DNA of 63,893 nt, the filler included, from Hausera hauseri (Eukaryota): assembly GCA_046269625.1 (NCBI GenBank). It is 12 parts of 12 records of this genome, joined end to end, with 100 filler letters (N's around TTAATTAATTAA, not from the genome) between each part and the next. Parts side by side here need not be neighbours in the genome. Positions count along the whole stretch, not along the records: positions 8,941 to 15,805 come from JBJURY010056996.1; positions 15,906 to 21,163 come from JBJURY010296834.1; positions 21,264 to 26,106 come from JBJURY010416922.1; 9 more parts are not named here. One strand, given 5' to 3'. Made by a program: the position numbers and the translations under genes. Each line of letters starts with the position of its first letter. The first letter of the stretch is position 1. A model generated the notes under the pieces. It worked only from the letters and a program-made list of their open reading frames with translations, had not been told where the DNA came from and searched no databases. Shown one piece after another: positions 13,570-25,676 of the stretch.

Positions 13570-13929
13570 GCTTAATTCACATTTAGCTCCACCGAGCTCA
13601 GTCACTACGGAAAACTGCTCTTGGGCGTGAAGTTTCGTGGCGTGTTTCCACTGGACTGTGTGTCGCGTGATTTACGACAAATTGGCGACTTTATTGTCAA
13701 TACACACACTTCATCGTTACAGGGCGAATATTAGATTGCTGTGTACGCCCACCATCTGACCAACGTCGTCAGAGTATTCGATCGGCTCGGATTTTACTAT
13801 CCATCATCGTTAGTTTCTCAAATTGAACGGCAATCATCATACTGTGTTGAATATAATCGATTTCATTATCAAGATCCAATGACTATACTGTGTGGACATT
13901 ACTGCTTATTGTGGCTTACATTAAAATAA
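13570..13929 (+). pseudogene. Adenain-like cysteine protease remnant (Maverick PRO)
   Basis: FRGVFPLD...FIVNTHTSSLQGEY*IAV...VFDRLG...YQDPMTILCGHYCLLWL. The catalytic GxHW is decayed to GEY*. Homologous to 47288-47755. Confidence 0.8.
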
Positions 13930-15014
13930 CCGGTGAAATATATATGTGTATAATTTTATTGCTGTTGTTTTTTGAAAAAATCATGAGAAACAACATAATA
14001 TGTGACTTTTCATCAGTCATTCTCTTTGTCAGTTGCGAGATCTGAATAAAAATTGCTCTCATTGTTTTTTCGTCTTACCAGTATTTGTTTTAGTCGTTTC
14101 ATTTGACTGTGTTTACATGTTTATCCTTTTTATACTTAAAAGTTCCATCCATAAGGATGAGAACACTAAAGGTATATTGGAAGAAATTTATGAAAGTTGC
14201 CAAACTCGGTGATGGTATATTAAAATTCCGCTTGATAACTACCGTCGACCGCTTATTCGAATCACTGCTTCAGTCTGAGAGCCAGCTGATCCCCGCTGTT
14301 CAAGCCGACGGAACTCGATGACTAAGGGTGCCAAGTTCGAGCTCCAATGACATGCCAATCCCGTACCGCAGACGCCGGTTAGAGCCAACCCGACGGGAAC
14401 CTGTACAGACGGATTCTAGTTCGGACGACGCTCCGATTTGTCCACGCCGAAGTCTCAGGACTAATCCGGCCCTATCTTCAACCGAGAATTCGTACGCCTT
14501 AGCGGACGGCAATTGTTAAACCAATAAACGTTATGACTTGCATCTAGTTTAGTTCCTTGATCTTTTGTTCATATTTATTTTATTTTATTTTTATGTCGCT
14601 AGGATGTTCTGGAGCGGCGTTAAGGCCTTCATTAAGGCTATAACCTCTAAACATACCAAAGTTTACAACAACTACAGCATAACTTACAACCTGTACAAAT
14701 AAAGTTTCCCGCAAGAAGAACGAAAAAACAACCAAAAGTGAAGTAAACAAAGTAATGTACCAATACTAAGCAGACCGCAATAAAATCCAACGGAGGTTTT
14801 GGAGATTAAAGAGGTGAAGTCCGCTTGAGAGTCTGGTAGCAACATAATTCTGACACAAAGCAAGACATTTTTATAAGCATAATGATCACCATGATCCTCA
14901 TGAGGACAAGAAATGTTTGTCGGAATTGGAAATCAAATTGGAAACTTATTCTATTAATAAGAAAATTATGATTATTCAAGATTAGTTACAGATTTCCGCC
15001 GGTGTTATGAAGAA

Positions 15015-15137
15015 TGCAAGGTATGGTACAGTAGACTTGGACTCCGTTACGCATATCTGCGATGTACTCACTATATCTGTACCCGCTGTGCGGATAACTG
15101 GTTGGGAAAACATCAAAATTGTCCATTTTGTCGTAGG
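15015..15137 (+). pseudogene. C3HC4 RING-finger fragment (copy 2)
   Basis: Manual translation CKVWYSRLGLRYAYLRCTHYICTRCADNWLGKHQNCPFCRR*; the second Cys is replaced by Trp. Confidence 0.65.
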
Positions 15138-15625
15138 TAAATCACAAGCTATAACTGCTGGGGTAGCATTTATTTATAGCATTTATTTAATATATTGGAA
15201 CACTGACTAGGCGACATTGATTTTAAAAATATGTTCCCTTTGGAATATTACTTCTTTCCAATTATTTCATAGTAAAGATATTTGACCCATTAGGTAATCT
15301 GGAGTGCAGGTAATCTTGTTCTTCTAGTTACAATGTACCATTTCTTATTGTTAATCAGAATTTTTTATTGCAAATAGTTAGATCTCTAATAGTTAGATGT
15401 CTAAAATATGTTCCTTAATAAATGAAATTAAAATTTGCAAACAAAACCAAAATAGCGTAATTGGGTTATTTTCGACACTTGTTCATATCTCCCCTCACTG
15501 CGTTTAAGAATTGTGAACTTGCACAAAACTTCCGTTCCTTTCCTTGAGCATATATTATTTTAATATTTGAGTTATAATGTATTATTGATATTGTGACAAC
15601 CTATTCGTCTAAGAAACAATCACGT

Positions 15626-15805
15626 GTAAATTTGTATTGCCAAAATATTTTTTCAGCGTTACCAACATTAGAAGATTCAAATATCAAATATTCAGATGAC
15701 CATAATTCATGTTTTCTTTACAGAATTAAGCTTATTTAAATTTCCACAACTAAATAGCAATATACATAGCGTATATAGCTACATACCGTTTTGCGTGAAT
15801 TAACA
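15626..15805 (+). repeat. Near-identical duplicate of 11808-11987 (pPolB fragment), truncated by the contig end
   Basis: GCCAAAATATTTTTT...TTTTGCGTGAATTAACA shared with only a few mismatches. Confidence 0.9.
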
Positions 15806-16586
15806 NNNNNNNNNNNNNNNNNNNNNNNNNNNNNNNNNNNNNNNNNNNNTTAATTAATTAANNNNNNNNNNNNNNNNNNNNNNNNNNNNNNNNNNNNNNN
15901 NNNNNACACATGTCAATTAATCCATGAATTCCTTTCATAGGTAACTGCTGAATAATCGTCTGACTTTCGTGTATCCATATATCCCATTTTCGAACTCATT
16001 TTATTATATCTGGGATCTAAGCAAATTTCAACGTGGGTTTCAATATCGGCGAAACGTAAATTTATGGTATTAAAACTATATTTTACAACAATAATTTACA
16101 ATAAATATGCAAAGACAAAACATCAGATCAATTGGTAACTCACCGACTTCTGGTAAATTTTCTTGTGTTTGTTCATAACTATTTCTCTCTGCCATTTTTG
16201 ATTATTGATTGTTCTTTTCTTTATGGAATTGAGAATGTTTCAATTAAGATTTACTGTAGTTTCTTGGTTGAAATTGTTTCAGCTTTTAATTTCGACTCGA
16301 CGTAAATATTCTCCTCAAATTGTTTGTTGACTCTTAATATTCACTTTACAGCAATTAAGAATTATGAAGAACTTACATATAAGTTCTTGTTGACTAAGTT
16401 TCAATCTGTATTTTCGATAAAATTGAATGGTATAAATTTTTGTGTCTTTGAATTGGAATTACCAGCTTATATACCATTTGTTTGCGTCATTCCAATTCTA
16501 TTTTTGAAATTAAAATGTCATTTCAATAACGTCATTTCAATAACGTTCGTTCGTTTTTGCTTTATTTGTTTATTTAATTCCGAAAT

Positions 16587-16628
16587 TTGATGTGTCATTC
16601 TTGATGTGTCATTCTTGATGTGTCATTC
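16587..16628. repeat. 3 x 14-bp tandem repeat TTGATGTGTCATTC
   Basis: Exact units at 16587, 16601 and 16615. Confidence 0.9.
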
Positions 16629-17052
16629 TTAAAGAATGAACCAATTTTGAATTTTGACCCGACGAGTCATTTTCTTATTTAAAAAATGCGTCAATTTTTT
16701 AAATTTGACTTGATGAGTCATTTTCTATTTTAAAAACTATACGTCATTTTACTGGTTTCTGACTAATAAATTTTTAGATTTTCAAAATAATAAATTTTCA
16801 ATTTCACTTCGGTGAGCTCCAATCGATCACTCCAGCCTTTTAAAATGGATAACAATTCACTAACATACAACAGTAAACCAGAATGTCCATCAAATGGGAC
16901 TCATGAAAATAACGAAAAAGGAAAAAAATAACAAAATTCAAAGAGAAAATGTAATATGTTTAAAATATCAATTCACTATAAAATGTAAGTATGAGTATTT
17001 ACATCATGATAAAATATTTATTACATTGTCATTTTGTCAGCGTCTGTAATCA

Positions 17053-17136
17053 TTTATCAACGTTCGCAATCAACTGGGTCTTTATCAACGTTCGCAATCA
17101 ACTGGGTCTTTATCAACGTTCGCAATCAACTGGGTC
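17053..17136. repeat. 3 x 28-bp tandem repeat TTTATCAACGTTCGCAATCAACTGGGTC
   Basis: Exact units at 17053, 17081 and 17109. Confidence 0.92.
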
Positions 17137-17446
17137 TCAACAGAATACACCATATCCAATTCTTACTGGAGAAGCTATCGCACAAATAATAATAAAAAAT
17201 ATGAAACATTCACTTTCAAGTTCTTATCAACAGAAGATTTCAATAGTAGTCACCATAATACAATTCGAGGGAATCAAAGTTTTGGACAAATGACAAATTT
17301 GAATTATGATTGTAATAAGAATTGAATAAAATCAGTATTTGAAAAAATCTGACTTTACTTATGATTTAACTTACACCTAAAACGTTAGATAAAAGGAAGT
17401 TTAATAATTACTATAAACAATTATAATCAAATCCATCGGTATCATA

Positions 17447-18064
17447 ATGCTCTTACAAAACAATGCTGTTTTTCAAATAGTTGGACCGAGTGGAAGTGGT
17501 AAAACTCATTTTGTCTGCAAATTACTTCAGAAAAGAAAACTATTTCAAAAAGCCTTTCAACGCATTTATTGGCATCAGGGTGGTGGTGGTGAGGCGGGGA
17601 TAACTCATAAAGAATTTTGTAAGTTGAAAAATATATCTGTAATAGATGGATTTGATAAAAACTGGTCTGATCGCTTAAAATCTGGTGATGTTATAGTTAT
17701 AGATGATCTGTACCAGGAAGCCAACAAACAAGGTGATTTCAATAATCTATTTACGAAAATCGCACGTCATAGAAATGTTACGGTTATATTCATTACACAG
17801 AATTTATTTCATCAAGGCGGTCATCATCGAACAAGGAACCTGAATGTTCACTATTTGGTCTTATTCAAGAATCCCCGAGATCAGACTGTAGTGGATTTTG
17901 TTGCTAGACAGTCATTTCCCCATAATAAGGGATTTCTCATCGACGCATTTCATGATGCAACATTGAAACCCCATGGATATTTGTTTATTGACTTTACACA
18001 ACAATGTCCAGATAATGAACGTGTTAAAAGTGATATATTCTATCCAAAAAATTACTGTTTATAA
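17447..18064 (+). CDS. Maverick A32/FtsK-like DNA packaging ATPase
   Basis: Walker A GPSGSGKT, Walker B VIVIDD, ARHRNVTVIFITQNLF, LFKNPRD, PHGYLFIDF. Homologous to 50045-50437. Confidence 0.92.
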   Translation: MLLQNNAVFQIVGPSGSGKTHFVCKLLQKRKLFQKAFQRIYWHQGGGGEAGITHKEFCKLKNISVIDGFDKNWSDRLKSGDVIVIDDLYQEANKQGDFNNLFTKIARHRNVTVIFITQNLFHQGGHHRTRNLNVHYLVLFKNPRDQTVVDFVARQSFPHNKGFLIDAFHDATLKPHGYLFIDFTQQCPDNERVKSDIFYPKNYCL

Positions 18065-18263
18065 ACAAATAAGAAAAATGAAAAATAGAAACTTTTAAAT
18101 GAAGAATTGTAGCAGAAAAAGGTCATTGTTATCTTATAAACAAAAGTGAACAAAACGAACAAAACGATCAGAAAAGTGGCAGAAGGGTAATGGTATTACA
18201 AGCAAACGTAAACGGTCAGTCAGACGACGAAAAACACGTAAAATGCGTTTTTAAAAAGTTCAT

Positions 18264-18518
18264 ATGGATGTTGGAGGTAATAAATCAAGTAGCTCAGCAA
18301 AACTAAGACGGTTTTCTGGGAGTATACCGTATTTCAAATCGTTGTTCAGAGCTCCAGAAAACACTAGATGGCAAACCATTCATTCAATGCCTCCCTTTCT
18401 TCTCATTGATTTTATGTCCGTTTTGCAACAGATTATTTTGGGTCGTGTTGATATTGGAAAGCAAAACAAAGATTGTCCAAATACAGAGAGGTACTCGTTG
18501 GTATGGCGAAAGCTGTGA
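18264..18518 (+). pseudogene. Maverick PW-like small protein, probably frameshifted
   Basis: YFKSLFRAPENTRWQTIHSMPPFLLIDFMSVLQQIILGRVDI parallels the PW pattern in 49195-49512 (ECVLNVLKGNVPL); lies downstream of the ATPase. Confidence 0.5.
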
Positions 18519-19154
18519 GTTTAGCAAAAAAAGGGTTCTTGAAAATCACTTTCCCGTTGAACAAATAGGACAACCTAAAGGTACAAAGAAGAAAAGAGAA
18601 AGAAAAGCCATCGAAAAACAGTAATATGGATCTGCAAAAGCTTGTCAGGTAGCAGATGGATTATTCAGTGCAGCTTTGGAAATTTTAGGTAAATTAGGTT
18701 CAATAAACAAAACACTACAGACAATAGTAAGAAGGATAAAATAACACCAAAGAGGATTTTTGATCGGTTCCATGGCTAAAGGATTAATGTCCCTAACACA
18801 GGCAGTTATTAGTACCAAATTTGAAGGTGATGCAGTGAAAATGTGAGAATATCATAAACAAATCAACTGACAATAACCAAGGAAATGGACTTGTTTTGGT
18901 AGCTTTGCTACCGGCTTTAGATGCCATAAAAGCTGGAGCCATTCCCGCTGCCATTACTGCAAGAAACGTTGCTGCAGTCGGAGCAGCTAGTGTACTTGGC
19001 AATTTCGTAGCAAAACAGACAACTGATGCGTTTACTTGGTAAACGAATATATAAACAAATATGTAAATTTTTGTTTCATTTAATTAATGGGACTTGCACC
19101 ATCTTTACCGAATATTAGTTTTAACGTTCTTTCAAATCGTTGACGACTCGGTTG

Positions 19155-19423
19155 ATGGAAAAGCTGTAGTTCGACCTTGAAGAACTAGTTGGTTATATCG
19201 AAGTTTCAAAACTCAAGGGCATTAAGAACAACAAGGAAACAGGCAGCGAATTGGCTCGGGAATCAACTGACATACAGCTCCAACAAACAAGTGAGAAAAT
19301 GATTTCCAACTCGGAAATACCGAGTAGCAAAAGTTAATGAACTCTAGCAAATGTACTTGATAGAAATGATTCCATATGCACGAATAAACAATGACAACAA
19401 GTATATTTCTTACATGCGTTGAT
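19155..19423 (+). pseudogene. Maverick retroviral-like integrase, N-terminal remnant
   Basis: Manual translation AANWLGNQLTYSSNKQVRK*FPTRKYRVAKVNEL*QMYLIEM...NNDNKYI/LTCVD aligns with WLQTKDSYTLHKPLKHKFPRNRVIV...NDDYKYLLTCID of 43704-44753. Confidence 0.8.
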
Positions 19424-21163
19424 TAGGGTAGCCACTAACAGTCATCAACTTTTAATATATGTAAATTTATTGGTCTCATCGCAGAAAGGTTATATTTGGA
19501 ATATAAAATTCATATGCAAAATTGGAACAAATAATTTTGAAATTTAGAGGTAGCTCAAGGGAGTCAAAGTTTAGATATCCTCGGCAATCGGAATTCAATG
19601 AGTCTATGGCATGCGTACGCCGTGCAGTATAAGAATTATTTTTGATCTATAAGACCTACACTCCACTCCAGTAAAAAACAACAATTCAGAGAAAATTAGT
19701 GTATTGATACAAAGATCTCGCATTTATTAAAGTCGGTCGACCAGTAAATTTGTCAAATGATTTACTGAATTTGCTGTCAACTGTCATTTCTATAGCTTTA
19801 TAGATACTAACAACTGAAAGTGACGTGTGAGTTAACTGTCTAAGTCTATAGCTCAAACTTGTTTACTATTTAGTTAATCTTTTTCAGTGCGTCTGGCAAT
19901 TATCGACGATGTTCCTCAACAACTTGAAGGAGAAACTGCAGCTGATTCTCGTCTTTCGTCAGCAGTCCAGTGTATTCTTGAACCAATGCGACACCACGTT
20001 CAGCATGATCATTCACCAATGTAAGGTCATTGACGGTGACCCTGGTTTGATGGTAATTCTCAATCATGCCCCATGAAGCTGGATCTTCTTCCAGGAATGC
20101 TGTAGGAATTTTCAATAGTTCAAACAGCACTAATAACCTCTTGGATACAAAGCTTCACAACTGCCAGTACTTTATGGTCTTAATGTCAACTACTGCTCTC
20201 TTTGCAAGATCTTCATCTGCTGAACTGTTCTGAATGGCACGGATCATGGCAGTCTTCTCGTTAAGTCTGGTTAAACAGCGCGAGACACACCAGTTCTTCT
20301 GAGAGGTACTGGAGGTGAGAACTGAATTTGTCAGCCGAAACTTTCGCATTTTGTGGTTAGACTGCCTCATGTAACCAGGTCTTTAAGGAATTGTAGATAA
20401 CCAGCTGCTGCATTAGGCGCCATAAACCAGACGAGCCACAAAAACGCAAATGTCACTAAGGCCTTGTTGTGCTTTCGAAGTGAGTTTGAACTGGGAGCGG
20501 AAAAGCCAAATTTTCATGGCATAACTTTTGCCATCCATCTAGCCTGGTGGAATGCGCCTGGAGCCATGAAGTGTAATTCCGAGATAGATCAGAGATAGCT
20601 CCAGCATCTCACGGTAGTCATCTGTAGGTTGTTGTTGCAAAAGTTTGTCACGGATAAACTGAATGTTGGCTTCCTTTATGTCTGACACCTGAGTGGCTGC
20701 CAGCTCGTCGGAGGTGACATCTTGATAATGCAGGTGATTAATATACGACCACCGTTCCTTGAAGCGCTTTAAGATACGAATATCCGGCCCATCGGAAACG
20801 CCCAGGCACTTCTGGAATATAGCAGCAATGACTAGTTCGAATGTGATGTCGACAAGCCTGAGTTAATAAATTTCGTTTGAGTGTCAATGGTATTAGATTA
20901 CAGGCTCCATTAATTCTTCATGTGTTTGAACTGGTTGTATCAAAACTCATTCCAATAACAGTTTCTTCCAAGCCCCATTCTTTTAATGAATCAAAAACAG
21001 CCTTCGCCTGTGCTTCACCTGTTCCAGACGGTAGTTTGGCCACAGTAAGCAGCTTTGAAATTCCAACTCCGGTGACTATACTTGGCAAGCGATCAACGTG
21101 TTCATTGCCTCTCAAGTCCTTCAACAGCTTGCAATCCTAGTGCACAACCAGAGGACCATTTGA
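19424..21163 (-). mobile_element. hAT-superfamily (hATm-like) transposon with decayed transposase at about 19880-21163
   Basis: VH*DCKLL, GTGEAQA, FDTTSSNT, ACRH, VNDHAERGVAL. A putative terminus TAGGGTAG at 19424 coincides with the point where the integrase remnant stops. Confidence 0.75.
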
Positions 21164-21263
21164 NNNNNNNNNNNNNNNNNNNNNNNNNNNNNNNNNNNNN
21201 NNNNNNNTTAATTAATTAANNNNNNNNNNNNNNNNNNNNNNNNNNNNNNNNNNNNNNNNNNNN

Positions 21264-21923
21264 CTTTTACACCGCTATGAAGAAAATCCTGAGGAATTTG
21301 AGGCAAGGATTGTTACAGGTGAAGAAACAGCAAAACAAAGTGTGGATCAAGAAAAGAAATCTTCCACCCGTAAAGTCCAAGACCACCAAGTCATCTGGAA
21401 AAACAATGGTCACAGTTTTCTGGGATTGTAAGGGTGCTGTGTTGGAGGACTTTTTGTCACGTGGGACAACAATGACAGGCCAGTATTACGCTGGATTATT
21501 GGGGCGATTGAGAGAGGCTGTGAAGAAGGAGCGTCGTGGGAAAATATGTTGTGGTATTTTGCTCCAACATGATAATGCACCCCCTCACACCTCCCATGTT
21601 TCATCCGCTGCTATTCATGACTGCGGTTTTGAACTCACCCTATTCCCCATACCTTGTCCCCAGTGACTACCATCTGTTTTCAGAACTCAAGAAAGCGCTG
21701 GGTGGAAAATGATTTTCAGATGATAATGAACTGAAAGCCTTTGTTAATGGCTGGTTGCATGATCAGACAAAAAACTTTTATTTTCTGGGGATTAATGCAC
21801 TTGACACAAGATAACATAATTATATTGATGTAGGGGTTAGTTATGTAGAAAAACTATAAACAAATTATTTGTTTCATTTGCTTGCTTCTGGTATTTGGTC
21901 AAAAATTTTTTGAATGCCCCTCG
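21264..21923 (+). mobile_element. mariner (DD34D) transposon, 3' part
   Basis: KTMVTVFWD, HDNAPPH and a shifted PSDYHLF; right end TTTTTGAATGCCCCTCG followed by TA at 21924. Confidence 0.9.
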
Positions 21924-22546
21924 TATATAAAGGATGAGAAACGATCAATCAAGCCATAATTAAATAAAAACTCACTTTTCTTATTATTTACATATCTCAA
22001 CATTCCTATATAACTTAATCAATTGAATATATAAAGTCAATAAAAATTAGATACATACATGCCAGTGTACCTTAATAAATGACAACGTGTGTATTCGACT
22101 GGTAATTAGATGAATGAAATATGGAAATTCTTCTGCACCTATGGGAACATTGAAGAAGTGCGAAACTACGTTCTCATTAAATATAGTTATATGCAAAAAT
22201 TGTTTCCGCATTATTTCTCGTTATCAACGATTGTACAATGTATACACTGCAATATACAAATCACGAAAGTTTTCGAAAAAAAATTGTGTTTGAATCTTTT
22301 TGCGTTCTATTACATAATAACACTATGTTATGTAATTATGTTTTCAAGATTCAATATTATGTTCACCGAATATCGCATCTGTACATTTCCTCATATTATT
22401 TATCAACAAACGAAAGCAATACTTTAATTTTTTGAAAGAAAGTCTATCTCGAATTGAATACTGCACGTTTTTTTTTCAAACACTAAATATTTTATTAACA
22501 TCATTGTTGTGACCAACTTCTAACCGTGAAAATATTCATATACATA

Positions 22547-23703
22547 TATCGGTCGTCCCATAAGTTTACATAAGATAGTCACCTCTCTTGGAGATTATCT
22601 TTCAATGATTGTGACTGCCTTTGAAACCCTTCGCCGCAACACTTCCGAAGGTGACCTGTCAGAAACTCCATGGAATTAAAATCAATGCCACATCGAGCTG
22701 CTTCGAAGTCAGAAAATATAAATCGGTCAAGGAGATTAAAATCTGGAGATAGAGGGGGTTGCTTGACAATTGTTACGTGCATTGATGCCGAGGGAAATTG
22801 TGAGCAGTGTTTTGCAGAAAGTGTTCGTTGCGATCAAGCACCTCAACGTGGAATCTTCCACTGAATGTGACTGCAACAATTATCATTATCTTTTGCTCAC
22901 CCTGAACTTTGCTCTGCACTCTGAGTTTCTTTTTATTAGGGGACACCCAAACAGAATTGGATTTTTTGGTGCCCACCGATCTTAAAAAAACAAACCTTTC
23001 ATCTGTAACCACCAGACGGTCTTCGATTCTTCTCCTTAATATTTGCAGCAAAATGGTGACACACTCAATTCTTTCTTCTTTGTGGCGTTGCGTCAAAGTG
23101 TACGGCATCCAACGAGCAATCACCCATCTGAACTCCAGTTTTTCATTCAGCATTCTGCTCACGGTTGTTTTTGACGCATTACTTATGTCCCCTAACTCGC
23201 GCAGTGAGGCGTGAATGTGTTATTGTAGCGCAGTCCTAATCTTTTCTGCAATCTTGTCTGAACAGTTCAAAATGGGCTTTTCTGATCTATCAGCATCTCA
23301 AAACTTTGTCGATGACCACTTCCCACTTCAAGATAGAGTTGATACACCGCTGATAGAGCGACTGTGTCCTCACCTCATGCTCGATTGATGAAATCTCTGG
23401 CTTGTTACGCCTTCATTTCGTTCGTACGACATGATTCTACCAATAAACGAACGCCTTGTTTATTAATTTCCATTATCTGATAACAAAAAATAAAATAGTT
23501 TTTATAACCACTCGTATTCTGACAACAATAAATGATACTCTTATTTATGAACACACGTATTCAAAAAGATGTATAGAAATTTAAATAATTTTATGGTAAA
23601 AGATAGCTTACATGATCGTTGCTAAGTAATCAATGCGGCAAAACACGACTATAGTTTGTTCACATTATACGTGTAATGATGTAAACTTATGGGACGACCA
23701 ATG
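22547..23703 (-). mobile_element. mariner-like transposon, degenerate
   Basis: TIRs containing GGTCGTCCCATAAGTTTACAT at 22551 and its complement ending 23699, TA-flanked. Motifs WMPYTLT, VVTDE and PPLSPDFNLLD. Confidence 0.88.
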
Positions 23704-24151
23704 TAGGTAATGTCATCAGGATTTCGAGTATACAATCAGAAAATCTGAAGAATGGAGAGACAATAAACATTTCACGGATTCTATGTCAAACATCCAAAAA
23801 GTAACAAAAATTTTGCTTAATTTTGTTTATACATAGTTAAAATATGATATTCATGCGTGTACGTCATTTTACAATATTTTGCTCTATGAATTGGATCAAA
23901 GAAATAATACATTTTCCACAAACAGATTCATTACTAAAATGTCAACTCCGCACTCAATCCGTGGGAATTATATATTTCACAAAATGCATAAAAAAATGTA
24001 CCTGAAATTGACACACTTCAGCCAATTATTAGCCATCTTCAGTCAAATAAATTTAATATTGAGAAAAGGGCTATTTAAAGTGCAAATTTGGCACATATTT
24101 ACAAGGATTATGCAAACACATGAATTATTTTATTTAGATCTCTTTGCATAT

Positions 24152-24469
24152 TTATTCATGGATTACGTAGTCCAATAAAAATGCTTCACAGACTTTACGT
24201 TCATGTGTGAAGTTAAAGCTACGTTTCAGTATTTTAAATTCTTTTATTGTTATTTTGCCTGTTCTCATTTGGCATGAACAATAGTGATCTACAATGCTGC
24301 TATTTCGACTTGCTTGGGAATGTTCCTTGACACGTTCACAGAGATGACGACTTGTCTCTCCTATGTAGGATGCATTGCATCCGTTACAATTAAATTGATA
24401 GACTATGTCTGAAACAAGTCCCATTGGTGTCTTAGATTTTGTGTTGAAATTATCCATAAGTTTTCTCAA
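24152..24469 (-). pseudogene. Penelope-like element GIY-YIG endonuclease fragment
   Basis: IVYQFNCNGCNASYIGETSRHLCERVKEH...SSIVDH...RKVCEAF. Confidence 0.8.
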
Positions 24470-24879
24470 TTTGGATGGACCGAGGCACTGGATCTTTGAT
24501 TTCTTCTGCGTCGATTTTTGGCAGATTTCTGATTTTTCTCGTCTGTTATCTTTGAAGAGTAACCATTAAACCAGAGATTGGGGAATGTTTATATTTGCCG
24601 TCACAAAATCCTGTCTCTGTTTGCATTTTCAAATAACCTTTTCTCATTGTTATTGGTTTAAAACCGTTGTTCGAAAAAAGGAAACCCAGGAAAGCTCGAG
24701 TTAACTTTTGCCAGCAAATCAGAAATTACAATGGATTTCAGAAATAAATAAAAAGTAATATTTATATCAAATTTATGACAGGTTTTGTTTTCGCTTTTTC
24801 TGTAACGAAAATTTCGACAATTTCCGGCGATAAGTAAAAACAAAAAAGTCGCAGCAATAAAAAAGAAAATATCGAATAC

Positions 24880-25402
24880 TTTATGATCGTAACAAACTCG
24901 TTTCCGTTTGACATGAGTGACTTCCGGAGCAGTATAGAAAACCGTGCCGACATTTGCAGACATTTGCCGTCCTATCGGACTCAAAGGCTCATCTATAAAC
25001 AAATTCATTAACCCCCCCCCACAGCACAAATACCGTTGTCCAATGATTTAGCCAATCCAAAATCACCAATTTTCAGTTGAATATTCGAATCGGAATGATA
25101 CAAAAGAAAGAGATTTGCCGGCTAAAAAATCAATCCATTAACACGGAACGACAGATCAGCTTATTGTTACATACCTTCAAATCTCGATGAACAACATTAT
25201 TTGAATGAATGCATTCAACGCCAGCCAGTAATTGTCGTGCAAATGACCTTGTGAACTTATAATCGTCATCAACAAGTGCACCAGAACGATTGTTCCGTTT
25301 CTCTAACCATTCTTTCAATGTCAAATGACAAAGCTCCATTTGAATAAACACACTAAATTTGTCGTTCGGTACTTTTGCCGGAGAATTTTTAGCAAGAATT
25401 TC
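24880..25402 (-). CDS. eIF2-alpha kinase family (HRI/PERK/PKR-like) kinase domain, partial; exons 25402-25175, 25121-25034, 24992-24880
   Basis: FIQMELCHLTLKEWL, HSNNVVHRDLK|PANLF, KIGDFGLA, VGTVFYTAPE, YDHK. GT-AG introns of 53 and 41 nt restore the frame. Confidence 0.85.
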
Positions 25403-25541
25403 CTACAAATTTGAATTTTCTTTTCAATACAACAAACAAAATATCGTTGCAATATTCGAAATCCTGAAGTTATATTGTCCTTATTGATGTGTGTGTGTGT
25501 GTGTGTTTATGGAATAGGGAACAATATACGTTCAGAATTTC

Positions 25542-25676
25542 AAATTTCGCACTTGTTCAAATCCCCCTCCACCCCACTCACCATATTTCATTGCCTGTAA
25601 TGAAAATGCTGTCGAAGTTCAGCATTCCTAAACACAGTTGGGGGAGGGGTGGGGAATTTGAACAAGTGCAAATTTC
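25542..25676. repeat. Intronic inverted repeat (GCACTTGTTCAA family)
   Basis: AAATTTCGCACTTGTTCAAATCCCCC ... GGGGAATTTGAACAAGTGCAAATTT. Confidence 0.75.
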
